Assembly (NCBI RefSeq): GCF_036321535.1
Contig: NC_087450.1
Location: 52,762,001 to 52,826,000, forward strand
Reading direction: 5' to 3'
Source: Camelus dromedarius
Taxonomy: Eukaryota
Length of the DNA: 64,000 nucleotides
Position numbers and translations under genes: made by a program. Below, piece by piece: positions 36,896-50,779 of this stretch. Under the pieces are notes generated by a model. The model searched no databases. It was given only the letters and a program-made list of their open reading frames with translations, and was not told the origin of the DNA. The stretch's first letter is position 1. Each line of letters opens with the position of its first letter.

Positions 36896-38599
36896 AGATT
36901 CCATGCATTTCATTCCATTTCCAGTCCCTGAAATTATATTACTCCATCTAGGCCCATTTAAAATGGAACTTTCTCCAGAAGATTTTTATCACTCCTCCAA
37001 ATGAGCATGATCTTTCCTTCCTTTAAGCATGCATGACACAATTTATGTTTTACTGTTATGCTGCTTTTTATTTTCCTTCTGTTAGAGTAATTTGTAATCA
37101 CCTTGTCCTCTCTTCTAGATACTGAACTCCTAATATCTTCCTCTCTCCTCTTTCCCATGGTACCTATCATGAACAGGCTCTCACCAAATGGCTGGTGAGA
37201 TGCTCTTATTTTTCTTTTCTGATCAGTATGCTGAATTCTGTTTCTGGGACAGTTTTAAGGTTTAAGTTATTTGTTAGTATTTGCATCAAACAAAAATTTA
37301 TGTATGAAACACAAATTCCTCATTTACTGTTTTAACCCAACAGAAAAAAGTTACATCTATAAAACTAATAAGGCTCCCTGGGACTTGAAGGATAAGAAAG
37401 AAATTGCAAAGAGGCTTGGAGTAATCAAAAAAGTGAGGACTTAAAGCTTAGAAATTGAAGGATAAGTTCCTAACACTATTGGGTGACTGTGAGCATCTCT
37501 TCTGAGAAAAGAATACCTGTTTTACCTGCAGTTGGTGAGAAGATTGAAAAGCGAAATCTTTGTGAATGGTTAATGCAACAGAAAGGTGTATTATTAATAT
37601 AATAATGTACCCCTAAATTCTATTAAGTAAACTCAGTGCTTTCCTTATGCAGCAAAATTTACTCTTCTTTCAGTTTTGTCTTATTTAAAAAAATCAGCCA
37701 CTTGAAGGCTGTATTATTTTAATGTTTTTGCTCAAGAAGAGAACTTTACAATAGCCTTCTTAGGTTCATTTCATGGCAGCTGTCCAATTTCTTAGTCCAT
37801 TTTTGGATTAAGCTGTAGATCACGTAGAAGTATTTTCTGAAAACTAGGTTGGGGGCAGCAATAAACTGCATCTCATGGTGCAGGCTGATAAATGTGATTA
37901 TTTTCTGTGCTGATCTGAATTGCTTTTGTCTTCCCAATTCTGTGGCACAGTTCAGAATCAGAACACAAAAGAATGCTTGAAATGCAGTTATTACTTGGGA
38001 AATAGAGTCGAACCTGACAAAGATTCTAGAAACAGGTAAATAAAAATATGACCAATATATGATCTCGTAAAATGTTTGTTATCTCATGGAGTCTTACTTT
38101 TTACATTTTTAAGTTGGAGATAATAATACAAATACCCACAACATAGCATGCTTGTGGGGCTAAATGAGATAGGATATAAAAATTAGGATGGAGATTGGAC
38201 CATGGAATATATTTATATACTGTTTTAACTGCAGTATTAAATGGATTATGATAAATTCATATGATGGCATACCATATAGCATTTAAATAATACTGTAGAA
38301 TAATGACATAAAAAATGTTTTAGTGAAAAAGCAGGTTAAAACATTAATCCAAAATTGATCATTTATGCTTGTGTGATTGGGTCCATGTTAACTCTGTATT
38401 GAAAATCTTCCTGAATCCTGCCCACAGCTTCAAGTGTATGGGTAGATTTAAAAAGAAGAATTTCAAGAAGCATCAACTTTGCATCCACAAACTAGAGACA
38501 GAGGAACTTGAAGATATATTCTGAACTTATCTGACTCCAGATCACCTTCCCACAGCCCCAGATCCACTGACAAGTGTTTGCATTTGGTGCTATTCCCTG

Positions 38600-38960
38600 C
38601 AACGTACACGACTGTGGTTAAGATGGAAAGTTGTCCACCACAAACTTGTTCCCCTTCCTCCACATTGTAGAATTACTATTCGGAGGTGTCTACCAATTTG
38701 GGGACACAGCTCTGCAAACCTACTCCCACCTCCATGTGCAGACAAGTGCAAATATGAGCAAAAGTAATGTGTCAACTTCCAGAGATGACCCATAAACACC
38801 TGTGCTTCTTTATGATTTTTTTCTCTTTTGGCTGTCCACAATGGACAGAGTGACCTTGGAAACCACATGTTCAAGATAGCAGAACTTCTGACAGCCTAGG
38901 CTGTCGAATGATTGCTTGGAGAGGAACCATTTCACTGACTTTTCCAGTAGCTTCGGACCA
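38600..38960 (+). mobile_element. MLT1J-like LTR
   Basis: gaccttggaaaccacatgttcaagatagcagaac..cagcctagg..gaatgattgcttggag matches the MLT1H/J core. Confidence 0.6.
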
Positions 38961-41814
38961 GCGCAAAGGTCTGCTGTGTTTGAGCTGGTATTTACCTTAG
39001 GGTTTAGTTGTTATAGCAGTCTGCCTACCGTAGCTAATACACTGGAATTTGATAATTTACCTTTCTGATATTTTCTAAGTCCTGAACACAGTCTCGTATT
39101 TTATTTCCTGTTATGAAAGAAGGGAAAAAATAATATTCCAATCTCATGCTGAGCATTACTGAGACAGTTTTCTAGCTATATTTGGTTATCCCTGACTTTT
39201 ACTGGCTGCTCCCACAGAGGTTACTCAGGCAATTCTCTGGACTTGTTTTCATTTTATAAGCTCTTCTGATTGAAGTTCTTAAACATATATTTAAAGTGGT
39301 TTCATGATAGATACAAATATAAATCTTTTCTAAGTAATTTTCCATCTTTCTCATTAAAAAAATTATATTGGGATGTGGAAGAATAGAAATTAATCAAAAG
39401 GATAAAGTAAGAAATGACCTTGAGTACAGAGTTTATGTCTTTCATCAACCTTCCCTGTTAGCTTTAGTGAGATATTTAATTTTACAAGGAGCTGTACAGT
39501 GCACTAAAGTGGAATGCATAATTTAAGTTCCCTAAGAAATTCTTCTAGCATTTTTGTTTTGTTTTGTTTTAGTACCTGGCAGACAGCCAAGACTTGAAAT
39601 AAGAATCATAGATTCTGAACAATATTAAGGAGGAAATTTAGGAATGTGCTATATTCTTACATTTTAAATTCAGTTTTTTAAATAAAGCAGGGAAATAAGA
39701 ATACCTCACCTTTTTCACTGAAAGGAAATGGGCACTGTGATCCTTTGACGGTGAGCCATGAATCATTTATGGGGTCCTTGGAGATACTGGGTTATTTGCC
39801 AAGCTATTTCTCTGGGCTTAATACTCCACTGCAACTTTCACTCTTATAACCTTTTGGGTTATTTGACATCTTCCTAATTTCTTTATCTTCCCCCCAAATG
39901 TTTATCCACCCCCCACCTTTCCCTGCTGAAATGAATTTGTTGTCTTGTTTGGTTGATTTTGCCAAATGACTCCTCCTCATACAACCTGATGACTTTTCTT
40001 CGATCCTTTCTCTTCTTGACCACTCGGAAACATTCAGCACTTAAAAAAAAAATTCTTTTCTTTCCTTGTATTTTCTGACATTTCCTGCATTTTGTTCTTT
40101 CATCTTGATTCTAGGCATTCAGGAGCCCCTCTCTACTCTAGAGCTTAAAATAAGCCAAGTGCTATGAGTGAATGTGAGTCCTGGGGACAAATAAAGAAAG
40201 GAAATTTCTTCCAGTCCCTTCATCACTGACTAACAGAAACTAAGCATTATTGAACGATTAGTTTCTCATGAAAGAATCCATTTATATGGGGGCACCTTAG
40301 TACAGTTTAATATTGATTTTATTTAAAACTCCATTTATACTATATATGTCTGCTACAGGAGTGAAAAACTCTCCTGTTTTCCTGCCAAGGGAAAATTTGT
40401 TTTCTCAAAAACGCCTCAAAAAAATTTCTCAAAAATTCCCTTCTCAAAGAGGTACTATTTTTGGAACCCTACTCCACTGCAGACACTGGGCTCAGTGTTG
40501 CCGTCGGTGGTGGGCAGAGGAATGGGAGGAGACAGAGGTAGTGATATTAATGAACTTTGTTCCATGTTTTCAGAAAGCATACCATCTATTAAGAAGGATA
40601 GTATGATTATTCCAATACCCAAACACAACACAGAATTTCGACAAGTGACCTAACAGAGCATCTAAGTGTTATTTCTCAGGGGAGGGAAAGTTCATGTTTA
40701 ATTGTGATAGAAGTTTTCGGAAAATAGTAGCATCTGACAGTGGCCTACTTGGATGTATAAGCAAAGCAGTATGATGGCATTTGATTCTGAATTGAATATA
40801 TGAGAAAAAAATTCAGGGATATCTGTGATTAACGATGGGCCAAAATTGGAAGTAAAGTAAAGGAGAGGGATCAAATCAATGAAGTAGGTCCTAGGGAGTT
40901 CTACACAGCAATGTTTTCAACATCCAGCTTAGACATCATTACCTCTGGGGAGCCCTCCTTGATATTCTTTTCCCATCTTCCTAATCATCGTTACTCTGTG
41001 TCACTTCTATACCTTATATACATGTCTGCTGATACATTTGCCACACTAAGTGATAATTTATTTGCTGATATGTCTCTCAAGTAGATGGAGAGTTTGTTGA
41101 GACAGAAGCAATATCTCCTCTCTATTTCTGGAAGCAGAGTGAGTGCCTACAGCACAGGAAGGAGGAAGTCAGTAAATACACATGGAATTCAATTAAACTT
41201 AATCAACAAATCTTTTGTCTAAACTAAGTCTTTTCCTAGCGTGCTGTCTAGTTAAATGTGATCACATGCCTGGTGAAGTTATTGAAAAGCCCCAATTAGA
41301 ACTTTAAAATATATCTTTGGTTTTAGTGTAAACTTTAACTGTAGGCTTGATGCATAAATAAATCAACTGTATTGAATTAAAAAAAAGTTTAATAATGGGC
41401 TGTAATTTTACCAAGGACATAAGTGGGTAGCTGGAAACCAGTTCATAACAGATAACCAGAAATATGGAATCTTCCCAAAGACTAAAAGTTGCAGAATGAC
41501 TCACCTAGAAACTATATAATTATTTCAGCTATTAAAATTTTTTATCTAAAGCAATTTCTATTTAAAGAGCAATGTATGAAAGAGAGACATTTGTGTGCCT
41601 GGATGAAATGGATGCATAGTTCCTCTAATTTACATCATTTTAGATCATATGATTTAGATCTGTTTAGCTCAGAACAGAAAGGGTTGTGTGATTAAAAAAA
41701 ACTAAAGGTTATAAGAATTAATCACTTTTAAAAACCTCAATTTCATGTTTGATGACTCAAAGCTTCTTAAAGTAAATTTTAGGATAAATAATTAAGAAAT
41801 TGAATTTGCAGTTA

Positions 41815-42030
41815 GACCATGGTGTCCCTCCCTGTCTTGGCCCTTGCTAGCTGTTTGGCCCTGTACAAATTACTGAACCACTCTGAAGGTCAGTTAACAC
41901 ATCTGTAAAACTGTTGCAATATATATACTGCAGGATTGCCTTTGGAATTAAATAGGATTATATGTGTGAAACACCTAGTCTCTAGTCCATGTGTTATCCT
42001 ATACTCAGAAAATGGTATGGTAATCCAAAA
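41815..42030 (+). mobile_element. MIR
   Basis: cccttgctagctgtttggccctgtacaaattactgaaccactctg...catctgtaaaa...ggaattaaataggattatatgtg. Confidence 0.7.
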
Positions 42031-42569
42031 GATGCTTAGGAATCAATGATGCTGGACAAGATACGACAAGAAACAGGTTATATTTTTATCCAACATTAAG
42101 AAGGAAAAACTGAGGGTAATGTGAGAGACATGTAGGATCATTCTAGTAATTGAATGGTGGCAATCCAATGTATGTCACTGTATTAAGTTTTAATTTATGC
42201 CTTGAAGACTTCTCTATTCTTCTCCATGACTTGTGAAGGGGTTATTCTAACTGAATACCAAATCCAGAGGCAGGTGCTGTGACCCATAAGCACAGCTTTT
42301 AAAGGCAATGACATTTTATTGATGACAGCTCTGAAAACTACAACAAGAGTGAACAAATGGTTTTATTTTTATAAAGTTGCAGGCTAACAAAATATCCTGG
42401 TTTGGCCAAGACTGAGGGTATTCCTGGGCTATTATAAAGCACCCAAAACTTTGAGGTGGTGGGAGTGGGAGGGTGGGCATGCATGGAAAGGGAAATCTGG
42501 CTCCAAGGCTGTATACATAGTTTCCTACTTTTTGGTAATCAGCATCTTTAACAGTGTGTGTGTATTTCC

Positions 42570-45500
42570 TTTGGCTGTAACAGCAATACACCTTATTGAT
42601 TTATTGTTGTCTGCTCTATTATGTGTTTTACTTCTTAAAGTTTTTTTACTGTTTGTCTTCCCAAATAGCTTCATGAGATAAGGTAGAGATGTTTATCTGT
42701 TTTGTGTGCTACACAAAGACTACAGAGATGTGTACTAAGGAGAAGATTAAAATCGTTCACCCAAAACCCATTACTTGCAACTCACCAACAAACCAGAACA
42801 ATTACCAATGCTATTATTTCATATTTTTTTCTGGCTATTTTTCTAAGTGTATTTGTTAATTTTTGTAAATGTATATATGTGAGTATATATTTTTTGTTGT
42901 GTATTTTAATAATATATACAATTTTAAATTCCATAATTATTATTATTTTACATAGTCCATATTCATTTATATCTACCTGATTGTTTATCTGTTTTATTTC
43001 TCCTTATTTCAACCTGTAATAATGTGTTAGGTTCTGAGATCCTTTTCCTTCTGTTTGAGTATTTCTCTTTAGCAGATTTATTTTAGTGCAGGTTGGTGGA
43101 AAATTTTCTCTCCATCTAAAGACATGACTACCTCATCTTCATTTTTAAATGACATTTTCACTGAGTATAGAATTTTGTCTATTTCTTTCTCTTTCAGAAT
43201 TTTAAATATATATATCTTTTTTTGTTTCTATTATTTCCACCAAGATGTCACCAGTTTTATATTCTCCTTCGTTGTTAATGCATCCTTATTTCTCTAGCTA
43301 GTTTTAAATGTTTCTCTTTCCTGTGTTTTTCACCAGTTTATTATCATGTGCTCAAGTGCAGTTTTCTTTGCATATACTTTTGTCTAAAATCTTGCAGAGA
43401 TACTTGAATCTGCGGGTTAGTATCTTTCATCAATGTTGGAGAAAAATTTTGGTCACTCTCTCTTCTTCCCCGTTCCTTCTCTCCTGTCTTTCTGGGCCTC
43501 TAGTTTACAATATTCATCTAGCCTAATTTCAGATTTAGAAATTGTCAATGGGAGGACTTCCATTTACTTTTTCCCTATAGATTACAATTCTCTAGTAAAT
43601 TCTCCACAATTGTATCTATTTTGTCCTATTTTAAAATCCTTATGAAGTTATTAAATTATCTTCATCATGTGTATGTCTGTTTCTATTGGTTTTTTGTCTC
43701 CATGGATTCCAGTTGTATAGTCTTTTCTTTTGGCATATCTATTAATTTTTGACTGAATGACAAAGGTTGTATAATGAAATTATTTAGAGGTTATTTTTCC
43801 TCTAGAATGGGCTCATTCTTCTTTTAACTTAAGTAGATAGTGATAGATTATTACTGTAATTCAACCAGGGACTGTCCTAATTTGGCCTTTCAGAGTTTTT
43901 AACTGAGAGCCTGGAGTAGTCTGTGTAGAGAGTTTGAGGGATTTGGGGCTGATCAAATTGAAAGGTACGACCATGAAAGTTAGTAACACACAACAGCCTT
44001 TATTCAGTGGTACCTGGACAGGATGGCAGGAGATGGGAAGTCCCTCACTCTATGAGACCATCCAGAGACTTAGAGCATGGAGGCCGCCATCCAGAAAGGG
44101 AGGAGGTTAAGGGAACTTCTAGGGGACAGAAGAATCAGAAAGGAGGCTTAGCAGCAGGGTGGGGAGTATCTGGGTCAGGGAGCTCCAAAGGATAGCAATG
44201 GTTTGGAATCTTATGACTAGTAACAGTCCTGGGAGGTTTTAATGGGGTATGCAAGCAGGCAGGCTCTAAATGGCTAAAAATCTGCATATTTGAGCTATTT
44301 TCAAAATAATTGGATCTGGAAAAATGTGAGTTTGGAGCAGTTAGGCTTTTGATCTAATGGATCTCAGGCTGTAGTGAAGAAATCAACAACCCAGAGGCCA
44401 ATGCACAGAGGCCAGCTCTGGCTCATTAATATAATAGTCTGCAAGTTCCTTTCCTGGTTGGTATATCTTGTACTTTCATTTTTGTCTTTCAAGAGCACTG
44501 CATAAAGGTCACTTTTCAGAGTTTCTTCTCTCTTGGGAGTCATAGTTTCTCTAGCTACTGTTGCCTCAAGCAGCTGACTTCTGTTTTTTCAATCTGGCTT
44601 TAAAAATTGATCTAGGAGGGAGAAGTGGTCTGCTATCTACCAGTTCATCCTTCCTAAAGCTGTCTTTCATTTAACTGGTGGGTTTAGTATGTATGTATTT
44701 ATTGTGATTCCTGATATGTTTACATATATTTGTAAAATTTTTTTTTCATTTTCTTCTATATTAGTAATGAGTGGTGATAAGGCTTCTGTATTTTTGATTG
44801 TTTTCTTTTGCAGGTAAACATTTCTTACTCTTTAACAGCTTTAAAACTTTTCTATTTATTCTTGAGACTTGATATTTCACTAAATATACACAAAAGTATA
44901 TTTGTATGATTTATACTGTTTTGTATTGTGCCTTTTAAATCTGAAGACTTACATTTTCCTTCAATTAGAATCATTATTTCTTCAAATTATATTGCCTTTC
45001 CCATTTCCTCTACTCGTTTTCTGGAACTCATTTTAAAGTTATGTTAGAAATTACACCTGTTCTTCATGTATGTGACTTCTTTCTCACATATTCTCCCTCT
45101 TTAAGGTTCAGTATTATGTTTTTATTATTTTTCCAAGAATGCCTTCCAAATTCATTATTCCTTCCCTGAATTGTTACATCCTCCTTATTACCTTGAACAT
45201 TTCACATATACTTATTGCAAAGTTCTGTTATCTCTATTTCCACAGTGTGAATCCATCCATTTGTTAACCCCATAGGCTGTTTCTTGGTGTTTTGCTTTTT
45301 CTGACTAACATTGAAGATATCTCATACAATTTCCATATATGCTTGGTCATTAGAAGCCTCCCTATTGAAAGATCTCACAGATGACTCCGCCCAAGTTCCA
45401 TGGGGTTCCCCACTGTTAACCAAATCTTAGGCTAGGTTCTTGACTCCCGAGTTTTGTAAATATTCAGTTAATATCAACTTAGGACAAAGCTAGGTTTATA

Positions 45501-45800
45501 ATTTATGGTGGCTGATTCTTTTTCTAGTCATAGCCTGAAATAAGTGACTTGCTTCTTTTCTGTGATCCTGAGAAATGGGCAGGTATTTTCCAGTTCAGTT
45601 CATGTACATTGCTGGATCCCTATGACATGTGGGGTCTCTAGCCCCAGGTCTAGCTTCCATGTGGAAATCAAAGCTCTGGTCCCTAATGTGTGTTTCAGAG
45701 TCCAGTTTACCATGAGCTCCATAGCTTCAAGTAGGGGTCACTACTACATCTAAGTGTTTCTTCTTTATTCCTGGGAGTTAGAAAATTCATCCTTTTTGAT
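42570..45800 (-). mobile_element. Old L1 (L1ME/L1M5-type) fragments interrupted by an LTR
   Basis: T-rich antisense L1 texture (cattttcactgagtatagaattt, ttgaatctgcgggttagtatctttcatcaatgttggagaaa, ctggaactcattttaaagttatgttag) at ~42570-43880 and ~44680-45800. Confidence 0.7.
43922..44435 (-). mobile_element. ERV-class solo LTR (family unresolved) nested in old L1
   Basis: Abrupt G-rich block starting tgtgtagagag inside T-rich L1, with ctttatt (AATAAA on minus) at ~43998 near the left end, as expected for an antisense LTR. Confidence 0.55.
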
Positions 45801-46149
45801 GTGAGCAATAGAAAATTCTAGTTTTGATGGTTTGAAATTGGAAGGGAAGCTCTTACATCTATTTATGCTGCAATTTTGTCCATACCTTTCTTTTAAAGGA
45901 CATTAAAACATTGTCATCAACTCCATTGCTAAAATTTAAGATTTAACTTCTTTTAAGAAGTTAGTTTGACAAGTGCACAAAATTCTTGAGGATGTTCATT
46001 GCAATAAAGGAAAACCATGAAGACCCTAAATCCTCTATAAGAGGATATCTCTAAATAAACAGTGTACAAAAATATAATGGAGTATTAGAGAGCCAGTAGA
46101 TATATTGTTAATTAATATTTATTTTCATATGAAATTATGATTAAGATGA

Positions 46150-46400
46150 AACGATAATATCAAATACTTGTATAGAGTTTGCTTTGTGCCAGATCCCATG
46201 CTAAGTGATTCATATGTATATATGTATGTGTGTGTATATATATATATATGTATCTATATGTGTGTGTATGTATGTGTGTGAGTGAATTCATTTAATCCTC
46301 AAGACAGCCCTATGATACCTGTAGTATTATTTTTCTCCCATTTTATGGATGAAGAGACTGCTGCAGAAACTTAAATAACTTGCCTAAGATAACAAAGAGT
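46150..46400 (-). mobile_element. MIR with internal (TA)/(TG) microsatellite at ~46211-46283
   Basis: ctttgtgccagatcccatgctaagtg...tcatttaatcctcaagacagccctatga...cccattttatggatgaagagactg. Confidence 0.8.
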
Positions 46401-47829
46401 TAATAATGACATATTGGTGTAAAATATGGAAATGGACACACATGTTTACAAAATATCCTGCTTGATTGAAGAACACACGGGGAAACATATTCTTGGTCAC
46501 TTCCGTGGAGGTAACTGGTGGCTGGGGAACAGTAGTGGGAGGGAGACTGCAAAGGTTTGGTCCATGTGAATAGAATACCTATTTTAAAATTAAATAAATG
46601 GAGAAGTTACCTGGGCCTGGGCCTGGTATTTATATGAGTACAGAGGCATAGTGAGGATTTCAGACAGAGGAAACACATGGAGGCAAATGGTCTGGGGCAT
46701 AGGTGGAGAAGAGTGAGACTTGTGGCTGACCAGAATGTAGAAGACGTGAAGTGGACCACCATTTATTTATTTTTTAGACCACCGTTGCTCATTGTTTATA
46801 TGTAACAGATTTGTCATGTGGACACAATACCATTGTGGTAACAGGTTTTTTTTTCACAAGTTCTGATTTACTTATTTTCCTAATTTTATGTCCTCCTTTC
46901 ATTCCCTTTCTCTGAAGTTTATTTACACATTTCAGAGGAAACCAGATGCTACAATTAAATAAAATTATTCTGGTGAAAAATATTTCCCTTCTATTACTTG
47001 TGTCTTTAAAGAATAGCAAGGCATTATTCTTTTCCTTCCAAATTCTTTGTAGATTATTTTTGTTTTCTTGTTAAAATTCTCACTCTTAATTGGTTCCCAA
47101 GATACTTCCAGAAGTTCATTTTGTCTCATTAAATCTCCTGTCCTGGATGAGGAACTTGGACATACTTTGTCTCAAAGTGAAGCTTCTCTGCTATGCAAGT
47201 TTACACAGGGAGCAGAGCCAATAATCACCATAGGGAATACGTGAGAACTTGGGATAACCTTGAGGACACCAAGAGATTATTTCCCAGGGATAGAAAGTAA
47301 GCATTCTAGCAATTTTAATGTATTGTGTAGAGGCAGTTAGAAAAGAGAAAGAGAAGAAAAGTAAAAACAACAACAACAAAAAAACCCCTCTATCTATTTA
47401 AGAATCAAAATCTGAATGCTGAAACTGGCTGAGTCCTTGATTAGCCGTGTGATGATATGGTACTTCCCCTTCTGCAGTATGTACTCTTCCAGGATGGGTG
47501 CATCTTTTGCATCAAAATAAGAGGTTTTAGACTGTATTGAATTATGTTATATTAGAACAATTCTATTCTAATTTGAAGGGTGCCTTTGAGAGTGTGAAGT
47601 AGAGTCAGCTACCGTATTCTAAGAGCATTGCTGGGTCACCAGACAAGCCTTTGTTAAGAACATTCTGGTTCTCTCTGGGCATCTAATTCTGGAAATCTGA
47701 CTTCAGAGCTGTGTTCTAACTACCATGATATACAGCCAGATTTCTGGTGGTGGATGAGAGAGTACTGAGACAGGGAAAGGGGTGTGGAAGGTGTGATTTT
47801 CAGCTCTCATGCTTCAAGAATAGCAGTGG

Positions 47830-48080
47830 ACTATTTGTTCATCTTCACATCAACACGAGTATTAATTACTGTAGTTTTAAAACAAATTTTAATATCCATC
47901 GGAGTGTGTTCTCATACTTGTTCTTCAAACTGTCTTGGCGATTCTCGACTGTTTAAATTTTCATATTCACCTAAAAAATCAGCCTGTCAATTTCTATAAA
48001 GAAACTTTTCTTTGTTTTCAATCCTAATTCTTGTAATTTAACTTTCACTATGGAAATGCAGGCACTACTTCTTAATATAG
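47830..48080 (-). mobile_element. Old L1 ORF2 fragment
   Basis: ttgttcttcaaactgtcttggcgattctcg...ttttcatattcacc..aatcagcctgtcaatttct is a conserved antisense L1 ORF2 motif. Confidence 0.65.
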
Positions 48081-48559
48081 GAACATGGACAACACCTCTT
48101 AAAGGAGATGGGAAGATTTCATTCTCCCTAACAGACTGGTAGAGCAATGAAAGGAATAATATTAGGTAAACACAAGCCTTTGAGGTTTTGAACTTGCATT
48201 TAATTCATTATTTTCATGTGTATTAGCATAATCTTTTATGTTAGCTTTGTAGCAGCTGGTTTTATGTCAAAGTCCAATTTTTAAATTGTTATTTATCAGC
48301 TCACTCATGTGAGCCCAGCTCTTTGTATCAGGGACTTTTAAAACTCAAACCGAAAATTCAAGCAAAACTATGCCTGAAGGTCCATATTTTTATAACAAGG
48401 CATCTATTCTAATTTCTGTTTTAAAATGACTGAATTAAGGTAAAGGAAGATCAAATAACTCGTCCAAGATCACATAGCTGATGAATAAGTTGGAGCTAAA
48501 ATGGAAATTTAGACTATCCAACTCTGCAGTCTGATGATTTTTACCATCACATTTTGCTT

Positions 48560-48950
48560 CTTCCAAGCTTTTCAGACTGTTTCCTTGACCTTGTCATTCC
48601 TTCCAACGTGAATAGACTCTCCCCTGTTTTTACCTGGTGAGATTCTGTCTACTCGTAAACTTGCAGCACTAAGACTATCTCACCCCAGAAATTGCTACTG
48701 ACAACCCAGGTCAGGTAGTCTCTCCTCACTGCATTCTCAGAACTCTTTGTATCTCTCTCACATATGTACTTCATTCTGCTATGTATTTATACAAGTGACT
48801 TTTTCCCAACAAGACTGAACATTTTGGTGGCAGGAACTGGTTATTATAAATTCAGTATTCATGATACCATGTCCTGCGTAAGAGAACTGCTTACTGCATG
48901 TTAAATCAATGAATGAATTAATGAATTCTGTGAGTAGAGAAAATATCTTA
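48560..48950 (+). mobile_element. L2 3' end
   Basis: Ends with tcagtattcatgataccatgtcctgc...tgttaaatcaatgaatgaattaatgaa. Confidence 0.6.
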
Positions 48951-49409
48951 ATATATCCATGCATTTATGATTATGGGGGAGATTGACAGAGAATGTTAAC
49001 TAGAAAAAAATTCCAGATAGTTGCTCCTCTTAAATGAGAAGAAAATTAGTATAATTAACAAGAAAATTCTGTGACACTTATTGCCAATACATTTGTGATT
49101 TCCATTAGTGACAATTGTCCCTCCCAGGGTGCTCTGCTGGGGCCAGGATAACTATCTCCATGCTCTGGGGACACTGTGTTCTTTATGGCCTTACAAACAG
49201 AAACATGGGCTATGTTGTAAGTCTTATCAGAGTTTGAATCAATGCTTTTACCTTCTCCTTAAGATAAGCCAGAAGTTTCATTCTTTGAAGGAAAATGAGA
49301 ATGTGGCTTGTTTATTGGGAGAACATAGGTCATCTGAAAAGGTAAATAGTTTTCAAATTAAAGATGCTATCTTGTGTATTGGAGAAAACAGGAACGCGAA
49401 GGCTGCCCA

Positions 49410-49620
49410 GAGTTGCAGGAAGAGCGTGCCTCTCTCTGGCTGGGGGCTACTGCTGCCTCATCTTGGGAACTATGGCAGATCACTTAATCTTTTAGGGCCT
49501 CAGTCTTTCAGCATCCAAATGGGGAAGATAATTTTTTGTGTGTCATGGTAAGGATTATAAATGAGATAATGTATATGGATGTGCTCTGTGAGCTCTACAG
49601 CATCGCACAATTGTGAGGCA
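49410..49620 (+). mobile_element. MIR
   Basis: ggcagatcacttaatcttttagggcctcagtctttcagcatccaaatgggga...taaggattataaatgagataatgtat. Confidence 0.75.
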
Positions 49621-50779
49621 ATCTTCATATTGGAAACAGCCACTGATGTGGTTGACAAATGACTGAACTAGGTATTTAAAGATCTGAAGCTGAGATCTAC
49701 AAAATTAAAAGCTGACTTTCTCTGGCCCAAGCAGTGGAGGATGGGGAGGGGGCCTGTGGCTCCTCTTGCTTGGCCTCTCCCCATCCCTGAGTCTCCATAG
49801 AATCAAGTTTTTAAGTCACCGTCTTATCTCATTTGATCCTCACTGCTTACTTATGTTTATTGTTAATCCTGGTTTAGAGCTCACAAACCTGAAACTTGTA
49901 TGTCTTGCCCGAGGTCACGCATTCAATAAGCAGTTGAGTTAAAACCTCTGCACAGGTCATCTGATTCCAAATTATATGTTTCTAGGAGAGAATGATGACT
50001 CTGTTCACTCTGTGACAACAACAGCCAGGGAATAATAAACGTATGCATTTACAAAAACTGACTCGAGGCTTTTAAAAAGGAGAATTCATGTGATTATGAA
50101 AGTGTAAATCCTCTTATGTTTGTAAACTTGTAAACACTGAGGAGGATGAATTATTTAAGAGACAGAGACAACTTGTCATCGATCATTGCAGAGTCAGGAA
50201 GACAGTGTTTGCTGGTAGGATTTATGACTTTGTTGTCTCCTTTTACATTATCCCTTTGGAACATCCAGGTATGCTGAATTTATATGACCTATATCCACGC
50301 AGTTTCATGAATGTAAACAAAACATGTTCTAGAGGAAAAATTCCGTATTACAGATACCTATAAGCAAATCTCCGAGTATTCTTAGATTTCTCATTGAAAC
50401 TTCAGACTGGAGGAAACCTTAAAAACCTTTTAATTCAATACCTGTCTGACACTTCAACCCTCTCTTTGAAAACATTGGGTTGTGTTCACTCTACCTCTGT
50501 TTGCGTCCCTCCATAGTCAAGGGGCTATAAATCTGTGGCAGAGGCACGGAGCTGTAAAGCCCTGGGGACTGGAATCAGAGACAGGAGCTAAAATTCCACT
50601 TCTGTCCCTTATGTTGCCATTGAGCTGGCAAAAATTGTACTGATGTGCAATCCTATTAATGTAGGTTTGCAAAGGTTATTAATAGAGTAGATAATGTGGT
50701 AGCAGGGTTTACGTAGCTCCCTTAGACACAGAAGCCCCTTTAGATCCTTGGCTTGTCGCTTAATAACTGTGTTCATGCT

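Noticed and set aside
40401-40448. Four CTCAAA motifs within 50 bp
   Set aside because: Irregular spacing in A-rich low-complexity sequence; probably a decayed micro-repeat.
41499-41512. TAG|GTGAGT on the minus strand resembling a recursive splice site
   Set aside because: Pyrimidine tract is only ~5 nt and no host gene is established.
49108-49551. 147-aa plus-strand ORF
   Set aside because: Non-ATG start, the 3' third is MIR sequence, and there is no domain similarity.
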